From an uncultured delta proteobacterium (GTDB lineage Bacteria > Desulfobacterota > Desulfomonilia > UBA1062), in the NCBI GenBank assembly GCA_963785235.1, contig CAWAUM010000003.1:256001-320000 (forward strand): a stretch of 64,000 nt of DNA, read 5' to 3'. The notes under the pieces were generated by a model. The model did not search any database and had not been told where the DNA came from. It saw only the letters and a list, made by a program, of their open reading frames with translations. Each line of letters begins with the position of its first letter. Within the stretch, counting starts at the first letter, position 1. The translations under genes were made by a program, and so were the position numbers. Below are positions 9,263 through 19,360 of the stretch, piece by piece.

Positions 9263-10540
9263 CTATTCCTGCCTGATCCTGTCTATGATTGCCGTAGTGG
9301 AGAAGCCGTCTTCAAAAGGGATGGTGAGAACTTGGCCGCCTGATGACCTTACAACGTCAGCACCCACGATGTCGCCCACTGCCCAGTCACCGCCTTTGAC
9401 CAGTATATCGGGCCTTATACACCTGATGAGATCCAGGGGCGTGTCCTCCTGGAAGAGAACTACATGATCAACGCATGCAAGCGCGCTGAGCACTGCTGCG
9501 CGGGCACGCTCGTTGTTGACAGGCCGATCCGGTCCTTTGATACTCTTCACCGACACATCGGAGTTGAGCCCCACCACAAGACAGTCGCCCAGGGCCCGGG
9601 CCTTGCTTAAATAGGTGACATGACCCGCATGGATGATGTCGAAACAGCCGTTGGTAAAGACCACCTTCATGCCCCTGGCCTTCTTGGGAAGCAGTACATT
9701 ACAAAGCTCGCCAAGACCCATGAGCTTGGGTTTGCTGAAGAGTTCGTCCGGAAACGGCCTTTCAGCCAGGCGGGCACAGTAACGGCCTAGTTCAATATAC
9801 GAAGGTATAAGGTCCGGGAAATGTTCCAGGAGAGCCTTTACATGGCCTTCCACTGTTGCCCAATCACCCCGGGCAATGGGTCCGGTCAGGGCCGCCTTGC
9901 TGCCATGCTCCTCTATGTTGGACAGGGTCCCTTTAATGAGCGGCATGAGGTGATTCAGACCCATACCAACTTTATCGATGATTACAGACGCCTGATGTAA
10001 AAGCGCCACCAGATAATTTGACGCAACAACAGCAGAGGTGTGATAGAGCACCTTGTTTTCTTGCGTGATAGTCATCATGACCGCACCTATTGTGTCAACA
10101 AGTTCTCTGGCTACCCTGGCGGCCTCTTCCATTCCCTCGAAGGTGAAGATGCTCCCCTTCAAGGTCTGCTGTGCCTGGGCAGCATCGGTGATGGACTGAA
10201 GGGGATGGAGGCTGCCTATGGCCGCCCCAGACGTGGACAGTACGGCAAGCTCGCCGGAGGTGAGAAGCCCGCTGAAGTGAAAAAAAACTATATCTTTGGA
10301 TGACCGGCCCCAGGCTGCATTGATCTCCGCAGCAACACTGCGTATATGGCTGTCAGGCACTGTGATAAAAACAACCTGGACCCCTCCAGGGGAGCCGGGG
10401 ATATGGGCATAGACGGGAATATCGTTACTATGTGTCCTGGCGGACACTGTCCACACCGGCACATGACCCGCTTCCTTTAAGAGTGCAAGCATGGCCCCGC
10501 CCACCCGTCCGAGACCGATGACCCCGAATCTATAACTCAT
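9263..10540 (-). CDS. Fusion of Rossmann-like/DUF2520 oxidoreductase and heptose-1-phosphate adenylyltransferase (RfaE domain II)
   Basis: N-part GLGRVG, HFSG, LHPLQS, YH...V.ASNY, LTGPIARGD; C-part VFTNGCFDIIHAGHV, GLNSD.SV, KGGDW, STT. Confidence 0.85.
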   Translation of the reverse strand: MSYRFGVIGLGRVGGAMLALLKEAGHVPVWTVSARTHSNDIPVYAHIPGSPGGVQVVFITVPDSHIRSVAAEINAAWGRSSKDIVFFHFSGLLTSGELAVLSTSGAAIGSLHPLQSITDAAQAQQTLKGSIFTFEGMEEAARVARELVDTIGAVMMTITQENKVLYHTSAVVASNYLVALLHQASVIIDKVGMGLNHLMPLIKGTLSNIEEHGSKAALTGPIARGDWATVEGHVKALLEHFPDLIPSYIELGRYCARLAERPFPDELFSKPKLMGLGELCNVLLPKKARGMKVVFTNGCFDIIHAGHVTYLSKARALGDCLVVGLNSDVSVKSIKGPDRPVNNERARAAVLSALACVDHVVLFQEDTPLDLIRCIRPDILVKGGDWAVGDIVGADVVRSSGGQVLTIPFEDGFSTTAIIDRIRQE

Positions 10541-11435
10541 CTATCAATCCATGGGCTTTGATCTGCTCATATCTGTCCCAGTCTATGGCATAAGAACGTT
10601 CTTCCATGGTCTTTATGACTATTCTCTTATACTGGTCATCTTCTACATAATGATGGAGCTTCCTGGAAATTGGGTAGATCTGCTCGGAGGTCCTCCATTT
10701 GACATTCTTGCCTGTGCGGGCATCGAGAAGACAGTCAAAGGCCACTGCAAAGGAAATATCCGCCAAAGGCCTTCCTGTGAGGTCTCTGAGCATGGCCTGC
10801 ATAATCCCGGCATCAACAGGGGAGAAGAAGGCGTATATCCGATCATAGATCTTGGTATACATGCGGGAATAGATGGCGGCAGAATGGAAATATTCAGGGA
10901 CATCCACAATTGCGTCCTTCCTGGATGACTTACAGAGATGATAAAGGAGCTCCTGCATGTTCTTGAGCCCTCCTATCCCTGGGTACTGCTGGCCGGGCAA
11001 TCTGGGCTTTTCAGGGCTGAAGGTGGCCTGCGGGTCCTGCAAGGCAACCCATTCGATGAGCAGCATGGAAAGACCTGCCGAAAAATCGTACGAGGGGATG
11101 AAGTCTTCCCTGGGTTTAAAAAAGCCTTCGCGCACGATAAGCTCTATGAGCCGCGTCTCTTTCTCCTGGGAGTCGAAATTCACATAGAGCCTGGATGTAT
11201 AGTCATCCGGCCTGATGATGCTCACCACAAGATCCCGATACCCCTTCTTGTGGAGGATGCCGATGATGCCTACACGGTCAAGCTTGGCCATCATCTTGTT
11301 GTCATCATACTTCCCCATGAAGAGATTGTTTGACGAGAAGAGATCTTCGAGCCTTTCCGGTTCTGTAGCTATGGAATAGGTTATGTCTTCCAGATATCTC
11401 GGGTCTTTTTTGCCCGGCTGCCTTAAAGGACTCAT
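10530..11435 (-). CDS. Conserved hypothetical protein
   Basis: 301-aa ORF translationally coupled to both neighbours; motif LQDP..FS..KPRLPGQQYPGIG..PEYFH. Confidence 0.7.
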   Translation of the reverse strand: MSPLRQPGKKDPRYLEDITYSIATEPERLEDLFSSNNLFMGKYDDNKMMAKLDRVGIIGILHKKGYRDLVVSIIRPDDYTSRLYVNFDSQEKETRLIELIVREGFFKPREDFIPSYDFSAGLSMLLIEWVALQDPQATFSPEKPRLPGQQYPGIGGLKNMQELLYHLCKSSRKDAIVDVPEYFHSAAIYSRMYTKIYDRIYAFFSPVDAGIMQAMLRDLTGRPLADISFAVAFDCLLDARTGKNVKWRTSEQIYPISRKLHHYVEDDQYKRIVIKTMEERSYAIDWDRYEQIKAHGLIDEL

Positions 11436-12118
11436 TGTACTATCCTCCCAACGCTGGCGAAGAGCACATAGCTTGCTCCTGTTTTCTTCAGTGCCTTTGA
11501 AACCTCGCGGGCGGTCTGCCCTGTTGTCACTACATCATCTACAACTAGAACCGCCTTGTCTTGAACACCGGATGCAGAAAATGCACCCCTGATGTTCATT
11601 TTGCGTTCCTGCTTACGCAATCCCACCTGTGGGAGTGTTCCGCGCGTCTTTTTCAGGGCACGGTAACTTACGGGTTTTCCCAGCAAACCTGCAAGTTCCC
11701 TGGCGATAAGGGCAGCCTGGTTATAGCCTCGTGAAATCATCCTGGTCCAATGCAGGGGAACGAAGGTGACCACGTCACATGGCCTGCCTTCATCTTTAAT
11801 CATATCAAACAGGACCTGTGCCAGATACTTTTTATAATAGGTGGCACCGGCGTATTTGAAGGAATGAATGATATCTTTGATGTGCCCTTCAAAAATAAAT
11901 GCGCTCATCATCCGGTCAAAAGGGGGCGGTTCGGTCAGGCAACGCAGGCACACGCCCTGTGTACCTCGCGGCTCACCGCAGACAGCGCAGACAGGCCCCT
12001 GAATTGGCCTGATCCGACTGACACACTGGGCACACACTCCAAACCGGATATCTTTTGAATAAGCTCCACAGACAAGGCACCTGGGCGGGAAGAGGTGGGA
12101 GAAGATGCACTTGGGCAT
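11432..12118 (-). CDS. comF: ComF family protein (zinc ribbon plus phosphoribosyltransferase)
   Basis: CxxC pairs, VPLH..R..RGYNQA, VDDVVTTG. Confidence 0.9.
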   Translation of the reverse strand: MPKCIFSHLFPPRCLVCGAYSKDIRFGVCAQCVSRIRPIQGPVCAVCGEPRGTQGVCLRCLTEPPPFDRMMSAFIFEGHIKDIIHSFKYAGATYYKKYLAQVLFDMIKDEGRPCDVVTFVPLHWTRMISRGYNQAALIARELAGLLGKPVSYRALKKTRGTLPQVGLRKQERKMNIRGAFSASGVQDKAVLVVDDVVTTGQTAREVSKALKKTGASYVLFASVGRIVQ

Positions 12119-12162
12119 TGACGGAGTGTACCATATACCCCTGAGCTATCACAATATACAAA

Positions 12163-12191
12163 GGCTGCAAAATGAATGATTTGAACGGATC
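12163..12191. repeat. Half copy (right arm only) of intergenic palindromic element
   Basis: ggctgcaaaatgaatgatttgaacggatc, 26/29 identical to the right arm at 52095-52123. Confidence 0.75.
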
Positions 12192-12239
12192 AGGGTTTTT
12201 TTACTCTTCCTAAACGTAAAATTAAGATATGAAACCCAA

Positions 12240-13004
12240 CTATCGGTTGTAGTAATTCTTGTAATATTTATACTTGTTGTACTGATACTTCTTCACGGGA
12301 AGCTCATCTACGGCATTCAATACCGTGCCGAGGATCTTCTCCTTAGGCAGGATCTCAAGCGCCATCTTGAATTCAGCCTCCGAGGTATACCGGTACCTTA
12401 TTACCATGATGATCCCCTCCACAACATCAGCCATGATCTTTGGGTCCACGGTTGCCTGAATGGGCGGAGTGTCGATGATGATGAACCAGTTACCGTCACG
12501 GTCAGCCAGGTCTTTAATAAGTGCACCGGTCTTTTTTGATTCAAGCAGTTCCGAAGGGTTTGCCGGAGGTTCTTTTGCAGCCGGCAAAATGGTGAGATTT
12601 TCTATGGAGGTTGATAAAAGACACTCCGATACATCAGCCTTGCCCTGTATGATTTCACTCACCCCTATAGAGGGGGTATATTTGAAAAGCTCATGCAGCG
12701 AAGGTTTCCTGAGATCACAGTCCACAAGCAGCACCTGCTGGTCCTCTCCCTTAGCAATAGCAATGGCCAGGTTTGACGAAATGAGACTTTTGCCTTCACC
12801 GGGCAGTGCGCTTGTAACCATAATCACCCTCGGCACAGGCCTGTCAGCCATGTGGAAGATGTAGGTCCTGAGCTTTCTGATCTGTTCTGCCGTATAGGAA
12901 TAGGGCATATGGTGCATGTAGAGGTGATCATCAAGCGGCCCGGAAGTACCGCTCTCCTTGGCGAATCCCTGTTCCTGTTTTTCCAATGCCTTTAAGATGT
13001 GCAT
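12240..13004 (-). CDS. CpsD/CapB-family BY-kinase
   Basis: Walker A PGEGKS, VDCDLRKP, IIDTPP, Tyr-rich C-terminal tail. Confidence 0.9.
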   Translation of the reverse strand: MHILKALEKQEQGFAKESGTSGPLDDHLYMHHMPYSYTAEQIRKLRTYIFHMADRPVPRVIMVTSALPGEGKSLISSNLAIAIAKGEDQQVLLVDCDLRKPSLHELFKYTPSIGVSEIIQGKADVSECLLSTSIENLTILPAAKEPPANPSELLESKKTGALIKDLADRDGNWFIIIDTPPIQATVDPKIMADVVEGIIMVIRYRYTSEAEFKMALEILPKEKILGTVLNAVDELPVKKYQYNKYKYYKNYYNR

Positions 13005-13007
13005 TGT

Positions 13008-14582
13008 TTATCCCTCCACGCTCACCCTGACGGATTTCGCATACAAAAACCCTTGATTCTTAAGCTGCTGAGCATAAACATCCGCTTTGTCCTGTTCCCT
13101 GAAAGTCCCGATGGTAACCCGGTACCAGGTATTCCCCTGTGTGTCCAGGTGAGGGTAGATCGTTGCCTTAAACCCTTTTTTGACCAGGTCGAGAAACACT
13201 GCTGTGGCCTCGTTGATGGAATGGTAAGATGCCACGCTCACCGTGAACAAGACCCTGGCTGTATCTGTTATTGCAGGCAGATTGATCCTTTGTCCCTCAT
13301 AGATTAAGTCGATATTCCCCAGGTTTGTGTTCGCCTTTCGGACCATGTCCAGGATTCCGGAATCAACCCTGCCGTAATGCCTGGCAGCAAGCCTGGCGAC
13401 CGTGTCGCCCGGACCGACCGTCATAACTACGCCCTTCGTTTGTTTTTGCTCTCCTAACGTCGGTGGAACAGCTGCGGCAGCTCCTGCCTGGTCCTGCATG
13501 GATACCTTGGGTGGGCCTTGTAAGACCGCCCTTTCAGATTCCTTCATATTCAGCGGGTATAAAGATCCTTGTGCACTATTAGATAGAGAAGATGGCTCAT
13601 GTGATATCCCGAGCATATCTTTGGATTTGTCCGTGATGTTTTGCCCGAGCGGAGACACTAAAACAACAACCAGTGCCGAGACGAAAAATAAAAAGGCAGC
13701 CGCCACGCTCAATCCGACCCATAGGCCTCTGTAGCCCTTTCTCTCGCTCATAGGTTGCCCAGGTATGTAGGGAACATGCTTAGCGTAGGTCTTTTCCATC
13801 CCCCCTACCACTTTTTTCACGAGGCCGGCGCTCACCTGGTTGAGATCATCGCTGTAAGCAGCAAGCAGAACATTATCGCAGACAATATTGATGAGCCTTG
13901 GAAACCCCCTGGTGTACCGGTAGATCTCCCCAAGGGCCGAGGATGTGAATAAGGGTTCTTCCCTGGGCTCGTATCCGGCTACCCTGAGCCTGTGGTCGAT
14001 GTAGTCCTTGGTCTCATTGCTGTCCAAAGGTGGAATGTGATATTTTACCCCGATCCTTTGTTTAAGCTGTCTGAGCTGAGAGCTGTTCAGCTTTTCATTG
14101 AGCTCCTGCTGACCGAGCAGCATGATCTGTACGAGCTTTTCATGCACAGTCTCCAGATTGGAGAGCAGTCTTATCTCTTCAAGCATCTCAAAAGAGAGTC
14201 CCTGAGACTCATCTACGATGAGCACAGCCCCGCCCATGGTCTTGAGCCTGTCCTCAAAATCATTGATATAGTTACGGGAACGCTTCTCCTCCGGCATGCC
14301 GATGGCTTCCCCCAAAAGGAAGTAGAGATTGTCGGGGTTGATGTGGGGGTTCTTGATCACCACCTTGGGAATTCGAGGCGGGAGCTTCAGCAGAAAGGCA
14401 TTTAAGATTGTCGTCTTGCCGGTGCCCACCTCGCCGGTAATCACCACAAACCCGCTCCCTTCCTTCAGGCCATACAGCAGGTGGGCCAAGGCCTCTTTAT
14501 GACCCGGGCTCATGTAGAGAAATTTCGGGTCAGGGGTGATGGAGAAAGGTTTCAGCTTGAGACCGAAATGTTCTCTATACAT
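13008..14582 (-). CDS. ExeA/GspA-like AAA ATPase with TM helix, LysM-like and SPOR domains
   Basis: MYREHFGL..PFSITPDP, GEVGTGKT, LRQLKQRI, G.PRLIN; GDTVARLA...IYEGQRINLP; C-terminal WYRVTIG. Confidence 0.85.
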   Translation of the reverse strand: MYREHFGLKLKPFSITPDPKFLYMSPGHKEALAHLLYGLKEGSGFVVITGEVGTGKTTILNAFLLKLPPRIPKVVIKNPHINPDNLYFLLGEAIGMPEEKRSRNYINDFEDRLKTMGGAVLIVDESQGLSFEMLEEIRLLSNLETVHEKLVQIMLLGQQELNEKLNSSQLRQLKQRIGVKYHIPPLDSNETKDYIDHRLRVAGYEPREEPLFTSSALGEIYRYTRGFPRLINIVCDNVLLAAYSDDLNQVSAGLVKKVVGGMEKTYAKHVPYIPGQPMSERKGYRGLWVGLSVAAAFLFFVSALVVVLVSPLGQNITDKSKDMLGISHEPSSLSNSAQGSLYPLNMKESERAVLQGPPKVSMQDQAGAAAAVPPTLGEQKQTKGVVMTVGPGDTVARLAARHYGRVDSGILDMVRKANTNLGNIDLIYEGQRINLPAITDTARVLFTVSVASYHSINEATAVFLDLVKKGFKATIYPHLDTQGNTWYRVTIGTFREQDKADVYAQQLKNQGFLYAKSVRVSVEG

Positions 14583-14590
14583 GTCATCCC

Positions 14591-16132
14591 CTAAAACGGG
14601 AGGGGCACCGGCAGCGAAAGGACAAAGTTGGAAAACTTTGAGATGATTATTATCATTGTCCCCACCAGGAAGATGGCCCCATTTATTCCAAGGAACACGA
14701 TCGTCATGAACCGCTCCTTGTGCTTGTCACTCTCAGTGGAGGCCAGGGGGATAGCGGTAATGCAGGGAATATTACCGGACCAGGCCTCAAGCTGCTTGAC
14801 CCCTTTGACCGTGTTATCGAGCATCTCGAGCACAACAATGATCCCGGCCCCGGTCCCAAGACCAAGGGCAAGAAAGATAAGGGCAATCCTCATGGGATTG
14901 GGGCTCACAGGGGTCTGGGGTGGCTCGGCATAATCCACCACTCTGAACTGTTCACCCTGCTGCCGTTTTTCCATATCCTCGGCCCGTCTGGCCTCATAAA
15001 ACCTGTCAAGAAGACGCTGGTAATTCTGTTGTGTGATGTTATAGTCCCTCGTGAGTCCGGCAAGGTCCTGCTCCCGCTTGGGGGTTTCCTCCACACGACC
15101 CTGGTACTGCTCAATCTGGGCCTTTAATCGCTCCGAGTCCTTTTGCAATGAAGCCACTTCAAAATTAGCATTGTTGAGCTGGTTACGCAGATCAGCTACC
15201 TGGGGATCCACTCGGCCTGAAGAGGACTTTTCAGGATGTTTCTCAAGCTCAGCTATCTGATTCTCAAGCCGCTTTATCTCCGGATAATCAGGTGTGTACT
15301 TTGTCTTCATTTCATCGAGCTGATTTTTTAAATCAGCAAGACGTTGCCCCCTCTGTGATGATGTACCGGGTGTGCCTGCCTCAGCCCGGGAGAGCTGGCT
15401 CTGTATGGTAAGTTTACGGTTCATGGCCTCGGTCAGTGAGCTCTGAAGAGACTCGAGGCGTGTCTGAAAGCTGGTAATGGTAGAGATATTGCTCTGGAGC
15501 TGATCAGGGAGTTTGCCGATGTATCGGTTCCGATACTCCTGCACCTTTGCCTCCTGCTGAGACAGCAGGGCCTTCAACTCCTCAAGCTGTTTCTGCAGGA
15601 ATGCCGTGGTCTCAGTAGCCTGGCGCGCCCTGAGCTTGAGATTGCTGTCAATAAAATAAGATGCCAGCCTGTTGGTCACATCAGCTACTTCTTTGGGCTT
15701 TCCCCCTCTGTAGGTGATGGAAAAAGAACTCACCTGTCCAGGTTGACCTTGACCGCCACTCGTAGTTATGGTGATCTTTTTGCGAAGTGAGGCAACCAGG
15801 ATATCCATGGGTGTGCCCGTACCCCTCTCGCGCATATATAAGTTCATCTCTTTGATAATGGTTTCAAGGTTAGACCGGGAAAGTACCTCCTGGGACAAGG
15901 TTCTCACCTGTTCTTCCACCCCGGAGCTCACTGTCGCCTGCACATAATTTTGCGGGATTCCCTGGGGCTGCACAAGAATGAGGGTAGTTGCCTCATATGC
16001 CCTTGGAATCACGACATACATCCATATGCCTGCCAAGACGAAAAATATGAGCGGCATGCTTACCCAGTACCATTTCCGGATAAGCGCATCCAAAAGATCC
16101 TGGATGCTCATGGATTGTTTCTGTTCTGTCAA
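14591..16132 (-). CDS. Polysaccharide co-polymerase (Wzz/GumC family)
   Basis: Two TM segments flanking coiled coils; YTPDYPEI; VVDYAEPPQTPVSPN. Confidence 0.85.
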   Translation of the reverse strand: MTEQKQSMSIQDLLDALIRKWYWVSMPLIFFVLAGIWMYVVIPRAYEATTLILVQPQGIPQNYVQATVSSGVEEQVRTLSQEVLSRSNLETIIKEMNLYMRERGTGTPMDILVASLRKKITITTSGGQGQPGQVSSFSITYRGGKPKEVADVTNRLASYFIDSNLKLRARQATETTAFLQKQLEELKALLSQQEAKVQEYRNRYIGKLPDQLQSNISTITSFQTRLESLQSSLTEAMNRKLTIQSQLSRAEAGTPGTSSQRGQRLADLKNQLDEMKTKYTPDYPEIKRLENQIAELEKHPEKSSSGRVDPQVADLRNQLNNANFEVASLQKDSERLKAQIEQYQGRVEETPKREQDLAGLTRDYNITQQNYQRLLDRFYEARRAEDMEKRQQGEQFRVVDYAEPPQTPVSPNPMRIALIFLALGLGTGAGIIVVLEMLDNTVKGVKQLEAWSGNIPCITAIPLASTESDKHKERFMTIVFLGINGAIFLVGTMIIIISKFSNFVLSLPVPLPF

Positions 16133-17349
16133 TATCTTGCCTCCATAACTACCCTATATCGGTTTTCCCTGACTGTATCTGAAGACTCATACCTTGTCTC
16201 GAGATGCTCATATATAATATTCCCTGTAAAATATTCAATGGGTCTCCAGGTGAGAGAAACATTTGTGGTGGATTCTGTCTCATCCTCTTCTTGGGTTTCC
16301 GCAGATGGTTTTCGCTCAGTAATGGTAAATTCTGTGGAGGTTGACCACGCCTGAAGCCACTGCCTGATCCAGGTTAATGATGCTGTTTTTGTATCATACG
16401 TGCCATACCGGTTGTCAGTAAACTCAGTGGTATATTCTTTTGCCAGGCTCACATTGAATCGGTCATCGCCCAGACTCTTATCAAGGGATAGCCGCGCTAA
16501 GTATGCGTTCTGGCTATCCTGGTTTTCAATGATAAGCCAGCTGTAACCACCGGTTGCGCTCATCGTTGTTGAGGGACTTATGGTATACTGCCCTGTCAGG
16601 CTGGCATCATAACGGTCTTCATTGGGATCATCTCCCCTGTCGTAATGGTTGTATGCAGTGCCAAGGCTGAGGCTGAAAACCGGCGAAAAGACATGCCGAA
16701 AGTCCATTGAACCCTGAGTTTCAACGACATCCTGGCTGATCTCATAAAAGTAATAATTTTGGAGACCTGTTATGGTAATTGTGTCCAGAGGACTCAGTTG
16801 ATGCGTAATACCGATATTTCCACCCCTATTAACCAGGTCCTCTTCTTCTGAAGCATCACTGATCCAATTTTCCGTAAGGATGCTTCCTCCCGCATTCATG
16901 CGTGTATCGTGTGATATTTCAAAAGTGTATCCGATGCTCCCGCTGTGCCTATATACCTCACCAAAGGGCTCTGCGAGGCTTTCCCGAGTCATTGTTCGCT
17001 GAAACCCGTAAGAGAACCTTGTTTCCTGTCGAGGGGCTGTAAATAAAGCATTTGAAATCAGACTAATATCAGGGCTGTCGTCCTCAGGAAACCGCTGGTG
17101 AAAACTCTTGGTATACCTTCCGGTGAAGTCAAATGTTGCTGAAGGAGACAGGCACCTTAAATTCAGGCTGGGTCCTACATAATAGGTACTCTCACTGAGC
17201 TTATCTTGCGCAACACCCTGGTAATTGTCTGAATACTCATAGGAGGTGTATAGACCGGGGTGGGCCTCGAAGGTAAAGGCCATAAGGTCAAATCCCGGCA
17301 GCAGGATGATTGCCAGGCAGAGGATGCCAGGGATCGTGTGCTTCCTCAC
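16129..17349 (-). CDS. EPS-associated outer-membrane beta-barrel protein
   Basis: Signal peptide, YSDN motif, Tyr/Ser/Thr-rich strands, terminal aromatic residue; lies between wza-like and wzz-like genes. Confidence 0.7.
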   Translation of the reverse strand: MRKHTIPGILCLAIILLPGFDLMAFTFEAHPGLYTSYEYSDNYQGVAQDKLSESTYYVGPSLNLRCLSPSATFDFTGRYTKSFHQRFPEDDSPDISLISNALFTAPRQETRFSYGFQRTMTRESLAEPFGEVYRHSGSIGYTFEISHDTRMNAGGSILTENWISDASEEEDLVNRGGNIGITHQLSPLDTITITGLQNYYFYEISQDVVETQGSMDFRHVFSPVFSLSLGTAYNHYDRGDDPNEDRYDASLTGQYTISPSTTMSATGGYSWLIIENQDSQNAYLARLSLDKSLGDDRFNVSLAKEYTTEFTDNRYGTYDTKTASLTWIRQWLQAWSTSTEFTITERKPSAETQEEDETESTTNVSLTWRPIEYFTGNIIYEHLETRYESSDTVRENRYRVVMEARY

Positions 17350-17921
17350 GGTATTATGATGGTATCTCCAGGCTTGATGGGGACGTCTTCGTTCTTACCC
17401 TTGAGTATCTTTTTATAGTCGACTTCCATCCTTATCTTCTTCTCCCCTTCTGCGCGGATGATGATGATGGACCCCTTATCGGCAAACTGGGTGAATCCCC
17501 CAGCTATGGGGATGATCTGGGTAAGGTAGAGTTCTTGATCAAGTGTATACTGACCGGGACGGATCACCTCTCCCTGAACATAGTATCGCTTGCTCCGGGG
17601 CTCCAGGACGATTATGGCACACCTTGGATCCTTTATGTATTTCGAGAGCCTGGACTCAAGTTCGGATTTTAGTTTGGGAGGCGTTTTCCCGGCTGCCTCG
17701 ATATCACCTATGAGCGGTAAAGAGATAAAACCATCAGTCCGCACGGTTACCTGTCTTGATAGATTCTGCTCGCCCCAGACTGATATCTCAAGAAGATCAG
17801 ATGCCCCGATGAGATAGCTCGATTCCTGGGCATTCATACTTAAGGGCATCAGCATACACAAAAGCAGACAACATATGCGCCTTTTCATCACCAGACCCCC
17901 CTTCATTTCTCGATCCCGCAT
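17346..17921 (-). CDS. Polysaccharide export protein (Wza/OPX, short form)
   Basis: YLIGASDLLEISVW, VRTDGFISLPLIG, GEVIRPG SLBB domain, PGDTIIIP. Confidence 0.9.
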   Translation of the reverse strand: MRDREMKGGLVMKRRICCLLLCMLMPLSMNAQESSYLIGASDLLEISVWGEQNLSRQVTVRTDGFISLPLIGDIEAAGKTPPKLKSELESRLSKYIKDPRCAIIVLEPRSKRYYVQGEVIRPGQYTLDQELYLTQIIPIAGGFTQFADKGSIIIIRAEGEKKIRMEVDYKKILKGKNEDVPIKPGDTIIIP

Positions 17922-19321
17922 TCTTTGATCTTGTACAGGAGTGCCTTATAACTCACCTGGAGAAGGTTGGCCGCCTTCTTTTTGTTCCAGTTCGTTCCAC
18001 GCAGTGCCTTGAGGATCATGTCCCTCTCGGCCTTGACCGTTGCCTCCTTGGCTGCTACCTTGAGCGGTACGATCTCGTCCGGACCATTAGGGGTAATCAT
18101 CTCAAGAACCCGGTCCTTGACGTCTGGAGACCTTTTATCCACAATAACACCGCTTCCGCCCTTGAGGTAAATGATCATCTCTTCGATATTTCCCAAGATC
18201 ACAAGCCGTTTGACCTGATTCTTCAGCTCTCTTACATTTCCCGGCCATTGGTAGGACAGGAGCATGGGATACATGTCTTCCTTGTTGACCTGGATATTCT
18301 TCCCATACTTCTCATTGTAGGTGTCCAGGAAATACTCAAACAGATAGGTAATATCCTCTCTCCGTTCGGTCAAGGGGGGGATATGAATACTCACGACATT
18401 CAGCCTGTAATAAATGTCCTCGCGGAAGGTCCCCTGCTCGATTGCCTTCTTCAGGTCTCTGTTTGTTGCGGTTATAATGCGGACATTCACCTGAACATCC
18501 TGCTTGCCGCCCAGGCGTGAAAAGGTGCCTTCCTGGAGCACCTGCAGGAGTTTGGACTGAATGCTGAGATCCATCTCTCCTATCTCATCAAGAAAGATAG
18601 TCCCGTTGTTGGCAAGCTCGAATTTGCCGGGCTTGGACCGGTATGCCCCGGTAAAGGCGCCTCGCTCGTAGCCGAAGAGTTCCGACTCCAAGAGTTCATG
18701 GGGCAAGGCAGCGCAGTTAACCTTTATAAAAGGTTTGTCCTTCAACCGCGATTTGAAGTGGAGAGACCGTGCTACGAGCTCTTTGCCCGTACCGCTCTCA
18801 CCCTCGATGAGCACGCTCACATCCGTCTCGGCTACCTGGTCCGTAAGGTCCTTCACCTTCTGCATCTTGGGGCTGTTAAAAATGAAATCGCCCTTGAGCT
18901 CATCTACGCGGAGCTGTTTTCTCAGAGAAGTTATCTCGGAGAGAAGCCTTCTCTTTTCCAGAGACTTGGTGATGGCAAGTTCGAGTTCCTCTTCTTCAAA
19001 CGGCTTCACCAGATAATCGGTAGCACCGGCCTTCATGGCCTTCACAATGATGGTGGTCTGCCCCAAGGCGGAAAGCATGAGAATCGGAAGGTCCTTGGAT
19101 ATCTTCCTGATTTCGCCCAGGGTCTCCAGTCCGTCCATGTCGGGCATGAGGATATCAAGGATGGCCAGTGAGAATTCCTGGCCTGCCCTCAATTCCTTCA
19201 GGGCGTCTTTGCCGCTTGGAACCGCATAGACATCATACCCGCCCTGAGTAAGCAGCTTGACGATGTACCTCCGAATGCTCTCGTCGTCATCTACAACCAG
19301 TATCCTAATATTCTCTCTCAT
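17903..19321 (-). CDS. Sigma-54-dependent response regulator (NtrC family)
   Basis: Receiver domain, [23 protein letters not shown]-terminal HTH. Confidence 0.92.
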   Translation of the reverse strand: MRENIRILVVDDDESIRRYIVKLLTQGGYDVYAVPSGKDALKELRAGQEFSLAILDILMPDMDGLETLGEIRKISKDLPILMLSALGQTTIIVKAMKAGATDYLVKPFEEEELELAITKSLEKRRLLSEITSLRKQLRVDELKGDFIFNSPKMQKVKDLTDQVAETDVSVLIEGESGTGKELVARSLHFKSRLKDKPFIKVNCAALPHELLESELFGYERGAFTGAYRSKPGKFELANNGTIFLDEIGEMDLSIQSKLLQVLQEGTFSRLGGKQDVQVNVRIITATNRDLKKAIEQGTFREDIYYRLNVVSIHIPPLTERREDITYLFEYFLDTYNEKYGKNIQVNKEDMYPMLLSYQWPGNVRELKNQVKRLVILGNIEEMIIYLKGGSGVIVDKRSPDVKDRVLEMITPNGPDEIVPLKVAAKEATVKAERDMILKALRGTNWNKKKAANLLQVSYKALLYKIKECGIEK

Positions 19322-19360
19322 CAATATTCTTTCCCTATATGTCGCAAGATACAAAATACA

